Positions 57,573 to 64,000 of a stretch of DNA of 64,000 bases are shown piece after piece; positions within the stretch are counted from its first letter, which is position 1; the number at the start of each line of letters is the position of its first letter. The notes under the pieces were generated by a model. That model ran no database searches. It saw only the letters and a list, made by a program, of their open reading frames with translations, and was not told the DNA's origin. A program made the position numbers and the translations under genes. Source of the DNA: the human T2T-CHM13v2.0 reference genome, Homo sapiens; assembly GCF_009914755.1 (NCBI RefSeq), contig NC_060944.1; one strand, 5' to 3'.

Positions 57573-58907
57573 ATCTATCCCTATCACACCCCTTCCTGGT
57601 TTTTCCTCCAGGTACAGAGAATTAGAGCCTTCAAACGCAGACATTATCAATTTGGTCCATGTTGCTTAAGATCCAATTGGCTTCCTTCCTAGCAATTATT
57701 ATAATTTGTAATTATTTGCAATTATGTCATTTTTTGTCTGCTATTTTATTGCCTATTTCCTGCACTAGAATGTAAGCTCTATGAGACTTCAACTATATTG
57801 TTCATTCACATCCCTAACATCTAGTAGAGAACCTGGCATGGAACAGGCTTCCTATAGTTATTAGTTAGATGAATGAATGAGTAAATTTTCTCCTCCTAAA
57901 TTGAATGGTCTTACACAGTTTAGCACTTTCAGGCCCATTATGGTAGCTGACTCTCAGAATGAGGTTACTCTGTCTACCAGATAATAATAATAATAGTAAT
58001 TATTCAACATCAGAGATGTTAAGTGATTTGCTTAAAGACACCCAGTAAGTGTGAAATATGAATCTTAAACTCAGGTCTTTCTTTCAAGTCCTATATTCTC
58101 TCCATTTTTACTTGTCTTAAAGTTCTCCAAGTTTAAGAACCATTTTAGCATTGAGAGATGGTAGAAAGCCTTCTCAAGTCAAAGTGAATAGGGTGAGCCA
58201 AATTAGGGAAGGCAACAGGGAGCATTCTGGGAGAAATCCAGTGGTGCATTCTGGGAGCCCTTTCATGTACTTAGCCTCATCCAATGCCCAGGGAGATGTG
58301 AGACTTCCCGCAGCCCACAGGGCAAGCTTTTCCCTGCCTGTGTTTGCCTGCAAAAACAACTACTACTGCCTCTAGCAACGTCTGGAACCATGTTCCCTGC
58401 ATAATAAGAAAGTATAAATGGAGGACACAGTATTGAAGTATTGAAATCACAAGATAAGGAAGATTAAATTAGGCTCTGCCTTCCTGAAATGCTCCCAGAG
58501 CTAGAGCTACATGGGAGCAAGGCCAGCTACCAGATCTTGGGGCTTCTCCTTTAGCAAAGGGGAAAATCCCCGGCCCTGCAGGCATTTCAAGCTCAGGGAT
58601 TGGTGGAGGCAGATCTGTCAGGAGCCCCGGTAACACTACAAACCAGGAGGGAAGCTGACAGGAGGACAAGCAATGCTGGCATTTTCCTCCCTTGGAAATC
58701 CCAGGGACTCTAACACCAGAGATCTGAGGCTGATCTGATGCTCCAGCAACTATATAACCTCCACCCTGCCTGAACAGCCTCCTACAAATAGGAAACTATA
58801 AGATTTGCATTATCTCAGAATAACCATTTGTAGGACTAGAGTCCGTCCATCAGCAGTAACTGTTCTTACTCAACCTTGATAAAAGCTTTGCCAGATGAGT
58901 TGGGCTC

Positions 58908-59349
58908 TGTTTAAGTTTACTAGGCCTGCCATAACAAGGTAATACAAATTGGGTGGCTTAAATGTAGTATCACAGTTCTGGAGACTAGTAGTCTGAGATC
59001 AAGGTGTTCACAGGACCATGTTTTCTGAAACTCTGGGTAGAATCCATCCTTGCCTGTTCCTCGTTCCTAATGGTGGCCATCAATTTTTGGCATTCACAAG
59101 CTTGTAGCTGTGCTATGCCAATCTCTGCATCAGTCATCGCATAGCATTCTCCCTGTGGGTCTTTATCTTCATGTGATGTTTTCTTCTTCTTATAACAACA
59201 CCAGTCACATTAGATGAGAGCACATACTAATGACCTCATCTTAACTTGATTGCACCTGCAAAGGTACTATTCCCAAATAAGGTCACATTCATAACTACCA
59301 GGGGTTAGAACATCTGCATATCTTTTGGGGAACATAATAACCCACAACA
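58908..59349 (-). mobile_element. MLT1 (B/C-like) LTR
   Basis: ctgccataacaa...aaattgggtggcttaaa; gacctcatcttaacttgatt.cacctgcaaag...ttcccaaataaggtcacattc. Confidence 0.8.
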
Positions 59350-59424
59350 GGCTAATATTACTATATCCACTTTTTGGAGGTAGAAACTGAGGCTCAGAGA
59401 AACCAAGAGATTTATGTAACATCA

Positions 59425-59910
59425 CTGTGGTGAATCAATGCCATAATGGCCCCAATATTTTTCCTGCCTCTCTGAATCTATCTGTTGGTAGTACATTTCC
59501 CTGCTGATGCTGGGCTTGGCCATGTGACTTGCTTCAGCCAATAGGACAGAGCAAGTGTGATGCCAGCAGAGGCCTGGAAAGTGCTTATGCACTAGGATTT
59601 CTTCTCTTGCATACTCTGGAACACCGTGACCATTGAGTGAATAAACCTAGGCTAGCGTGTTAAGTGATGCGTGACCATGTGGAGAGAGACTCCAATCATT
59701 CTCATGTCACTATATGAAATCAATCAGCACCAGCCAAACCTCCAGCTGACCACAGATGCATGACCAAACCCCACCAAGATCAGGCAAGCTCAACCTGAAT
59801 CAGCAGAACCCTTAGTTGATCCATAGATTCATGAACAATTATGAGTGAATGGTTGTTTTGAGCCACAAAATTTGGGAGAGGTTTGTTACACAGAGAAAAC
59901 TGATACAGTC
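59425..59910 (+). mobile_element. MLT1 LTR
   Basis: tgggcttggccatgtgacttgcttcagccaatagga; 3' gtttgttacacag..aaaactgataca. Confidence 0.75.
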
Positions 59911-60574
59911 ACATAGGTGTTAAATGGCAGAGCTGGAACGTGTAATCACTATGTGACCTGTTCATACCACACAGTTCTGAATCAATGGGATGGTGATTCA
60001 TAATTTTCCTGTTGGCCACAACATGAGTTTCCCATGTGTCCACCAGCATCGAGCCAATATACAGAGCCTGTAACTATATTAACTTAAATATTTTGCTTTC
60101 CTTCTTTTTATTCCTCCTTCTCTAAATTATGAATAGAAAGTTATGAGTTTGCCCTTTAATTATGTGCTTTCTGGCTATGAAGAGATTGACTAAAATCTAT
60201 GGTGTTAGTGGTGAAGTAAGCAAGAAAAGGAAGAGAATGAAGGCTCTGTAGGTGAAAGAACAGTCATCTTAAAAACCAGTCAGTTGGCCCAGTGTAATGT
60301 AGCATTTGCCTGCCTCAGTTGCGTCCCAGGGCAGACGGAGAGTTTAATCCTTGCCCCTCTCATATGAAATAGGCCACCACTAGGATCCTCAATATATTTC
60401 TTTTTTTAATCTCTCTCTCTCTTCTGCAGGCTTATGGGTGGAATGCAAGCTATTGGAAGTATTTGAAGATGTGACCAAGGAAGCTATGAGAATTGGAAAT
60501 GAGGCAGTTGTTTAGAAACGGGCTGATGTGCTTGTGGTAAGGTGGAAGGAGGAAGGCAGATGAGGAAAGGAATG

Positions 60575-61040
60575 TGCAACTGAAGCAATTAGCTGTTACT
60601 ATGTAACGAACCATCCCAAAACGTAGTGACATAAAACAACAACCATTTGTTATTTCTCATGCGCTTACATTTCTACTAGGAAGTTCTGCAAATCTGGATT
60701 GGTCTTGGCTGATCTTGGCAGGGCTTGTTCTGGCATCCACTCTCAGCTGCTGAATTAGCTCTCAGTTCCTGGTTCAGGGTGGCCTTGGCTTGGATGACTT
60801 GGCTCTGCTCCATGTATCTTTCACATCCTTCCAGCAGGCCAGCTCAAGCCTGTTCTCTAGATTGTGGCAAGGATCCAAGGGAAAGAGAGAAAGCCAAAAT
60901 GTTCATGCCCTTTTTTGAGCCACTTTTTTCAATGAGTTGGCTACTGTCTCCCTAGCTAAACACATCTCAGCCAAGCCCAGAACCAGTATGGAAGGTCACT
61001 AACCAAAGCTGTGGGTAAATGGAGGCATGGAAATCTGTGA
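60575..61040 (-). mobile_element. MLT1 LTR
   Basis: tgtaac.aaccatcccaaaac.tagtg.cataaaacaacaaccattt.ttatttctca. Confidence 0.7.
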
Positions 61041-61909
61041 CCTTTAATGCAATCATCTACAATAACAAGCCAATGACCATGAAGCTGGACAGAGAAATAG
61101 ATTCCTGGGAGGAAGAATAGCAAAATGTCTGGAGTAAGAGGAAGTAGGGTATTTCAGGGAACTCAGCAAACAGTGTGATGACAAAATGAAAGCACAGTCA
61201 TGCAATCAGCACCTGGGTAAATATTTAGGTTGGAGTCTGTGTTGACCCAGTCTGCAGGTAACCCTCAGCCTGGCCCAGCATTTCACTGCCCTCCTACTAC
61301 TTACCCAGAAACAACTCTCCTGTATTGATTAAGCAGGAAAGAGGAAACTCTCCTGGAAGACACAAGGGCAGATCCAAGCAGGAGCTAAGGTTTTCCAGAA
61401 TGTGGTCTTAGGTCTGTGAATGGCTTTTGGACAGAGGCACAGCTGAACATTCCCATGGTTTCTGTGACTTTAGAATCACTACCACCTCTTGACTATGCAC
61501 CTCTTGACTAATTTCTATTTCTCAAATTATAGAATAAAAAATGCTGATTCTAAGGATAAAAACACAACAAATAATCCAAAAGTATATAAGATGAAAAATA
61601 ATAGTGTGAGTTCTATTCCATTCTCCAGAGAGTAACAACTGCTCTCAATTTGGGCACTTCCTTTCTGTCTTCTTCCTGCACATGTACTTTTTGCATATGT
61701 CCTTTGCACGTTCTTAACCATACTTGGGTAATGATGCCAACATCACAAGCATAACTTTCTGACAGCCCAGAAAGCCAACCTTGTCTTCTTCCTTGTTCAA
61801 CCCTTGTGCCATTTTGCCCTAACCAGAAAAATACTCCACTTGGTAATGATTCTCTCTCTGTGTCTGTGAAAAATAACATTGGAAAGTCTAATGTGGAAAT
61901 GTTGAACCA

Positions 61910-62214
61910 GGCTGGGCATGATGGTTCATTCCTGTAATCCCAGGACTTTGAAAGACCAAGGTGGAAGGATGGCTTGAGCCCAGGAGTTCAATACCAGCCT
62001 GGGTAACATAGTAAGACTCCCATCTCTACAAAAAATTAAAATTAACCAGGCATGGTGGCATATGCCTGTAGTCCTAGCTACTCAGGAGGCTGAGGTGGGA
62101 GGATGGCTTGAACCAGGAGGTCGAGGCAGCAATGAGCCATGATTGTGCCACTGCATTCCAGCCTGGGTGACAGAGTGACAGCCTGTCTCAAAAAAGAAAA
62201 GAAAAGATACAAAA
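61910..62214 (+). mobile_element. AluJ-family SINE
   Basis: Alu dimer; near-TSD gaaatgttgaacca / gaaatattgaatca. Confidence 0.93.
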
Positions 62215-62544
62215 GAAATATTGAATCAAAAAATATAGGTAAAAGTGAAACAAAAGGAAATTTAAAAATAAATATGTATCAATAGATAAAAAATGGTAAA
62301 ATGAACAAGATGTGGAAAATGTTGTAGTCTCTACATCTGGCCTAATATTTAATCTAAGAATCTAATGCAAATTTCTTACATCATGAATAAATATGGATGA
62401 TGGGCCTACAGATCAGATACATTTTAATAATGAGCAGACTAAGTGAGGCCTCATACCTCTCATCTCCATGTGTAACCTAATTAATCGGGCCATTTCAGTT
62501 GCAGAACACTCACTTCCATAACTGTCTTCTACTTCAGAAGTGTG

Positions 62545-63040
62545 TGTTTCAGTTAGAATTTGATTTGGGTGCAGATGCCTATGATAGACAATGCAAACAG
62601 TGACTTAAAGAAATAAAAGTTTATATTCCTCTCACATAAAAAAAATTTAAATTTAAATAGTGCAGGGCAGATTTAGCACTCCACGGTGCCAAGAATATGA
62701 GCTTCTTTTATTTTGTTGCTCTTGGCCTTCACTTTATGGCTCAAAATGGCTGCTGAAACTCCAGACATCAAACCTGCATTCCAGCCTGCACAGTAGAGGA
62801 AGGAAGTAAAGAAGGGTAAAGGCTCATTTTCTAAGGAAATTGCTCATCAGCCTCACACAACACTTCCTCATACACTGCATTAGCCCAATTTAGTCATATG
62901 ACCACACCTATCTGCAAGGAAAGCTGAGAAATGTTGTTCTTGTTCTCAGGGGAGATGTATGTGCCCAGCTAAAAATAAGGTGTTCTGCCACCAAAGAAGA
63001 AGAGAAAGGGGATATTGAAGTTCAAGTGGTAATCTTAGAC
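62545..63040 (-). mobile_element. MLT1 (J/K-like) LTR
   Basis: caaaatggctgctg.aactccag.catca.a.ctgcattccagc; agtcatatgaccacacct.tctgcaagg.aagctg.gaaatg. Confidence 0.7.
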
Positions 63041-63123
63041 ATATAAAGTCATCAAAATTATTTCCCCCCCAAACCCTTTTGAGAAACTGAGTGCGTAAAG
63101 ATAGATTATGACTGGGCACGTCA

Positions 63124-63513
<390 letters not shown>

Positions 63514-64000
63514 TTAAATAATGCAGGAGATTTTAACTGATTGCAGCCCAATTTGTTTCCATATCCCCAGAGGCCATCCCAACCCAGAGGCTTTCCCATA
63601 GAACCGTGGGGAAAGATCTCAATTGTCTACACTCTGGCTCTGAGATAAGGCAGCGCTCTCTCAGCCCTTTAAAGGGGGAGAAGGATGTTAGTTCTATTCC
63701 TTAGGCAAGAGGGCCTCACCTGTGGCCATTCAACCCCAGGTTCTGCAAGAGTGAGAAGCAGAAAGCCTACTTTGCGTTGCCTCTACCTGAGGAGAAGAAG
63801 CCAGGTGTGCTCTCAGATGGTCGGGGTAGTGCTTGGGAAGATGTCGGGAGGACCGGGTAGAAAGCTGAGAGTGAGCTTCCCTTTGCTCACTGGCTTCTCA
63901 GCCAAAAACCGCTGGAGTGGAAGAGGGACATTATGGGCCTGCAGCAAACTCTCTCTCAACCTTCAGTTTCCCAATGTATAAAATGAGTATGATGAAACTT

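Overview
This is primate genomic DNA, most likely human, since it carries AluY/S/J elements and a full-length L1PA6-like LINE-1. It looks intergenic or intronic. I find no credible host protein-coding exon: the longer ORFs are broken L1 ORF1/ORF2 pieces, Alu or microsatellite read-throughs, or GC-rich CpG-island frames. Repeats dominate: one full-length inactivated L1 (33918-40421, 15-bp TSD) with an AluY inside ORF2, about 10 Alus, many ERVL-MaLR solo LTRs, DNA MITEs (MER5, MER20, MER47A, MER44, MADE1), and old L1/L2/MIR fragments. The most unusual structure is a young (~98% identical) 340-bp inverted duplication (24595-24934 vs 29661-29996). One copy sits in a palindromic CA/TG/TA microsatellite next to a 31-bp VNTR, and the pair flanks a 4.7-kb segment that could invert. 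Other points of interest are an orphan CpG island (~46.98-47.63 kb) with candidate non-coding exons downstream, an open antisense ORF0 homolog in the L1 5'UTR, and a nested hairpin/direct-repeat cluster at ~49.95 kb. I cannot identify the chromosomal locus, and I see no solid evidence for a new biological system. Repeat family names are from recalled consensus sequences, and boundaries of old repeats are approximate.
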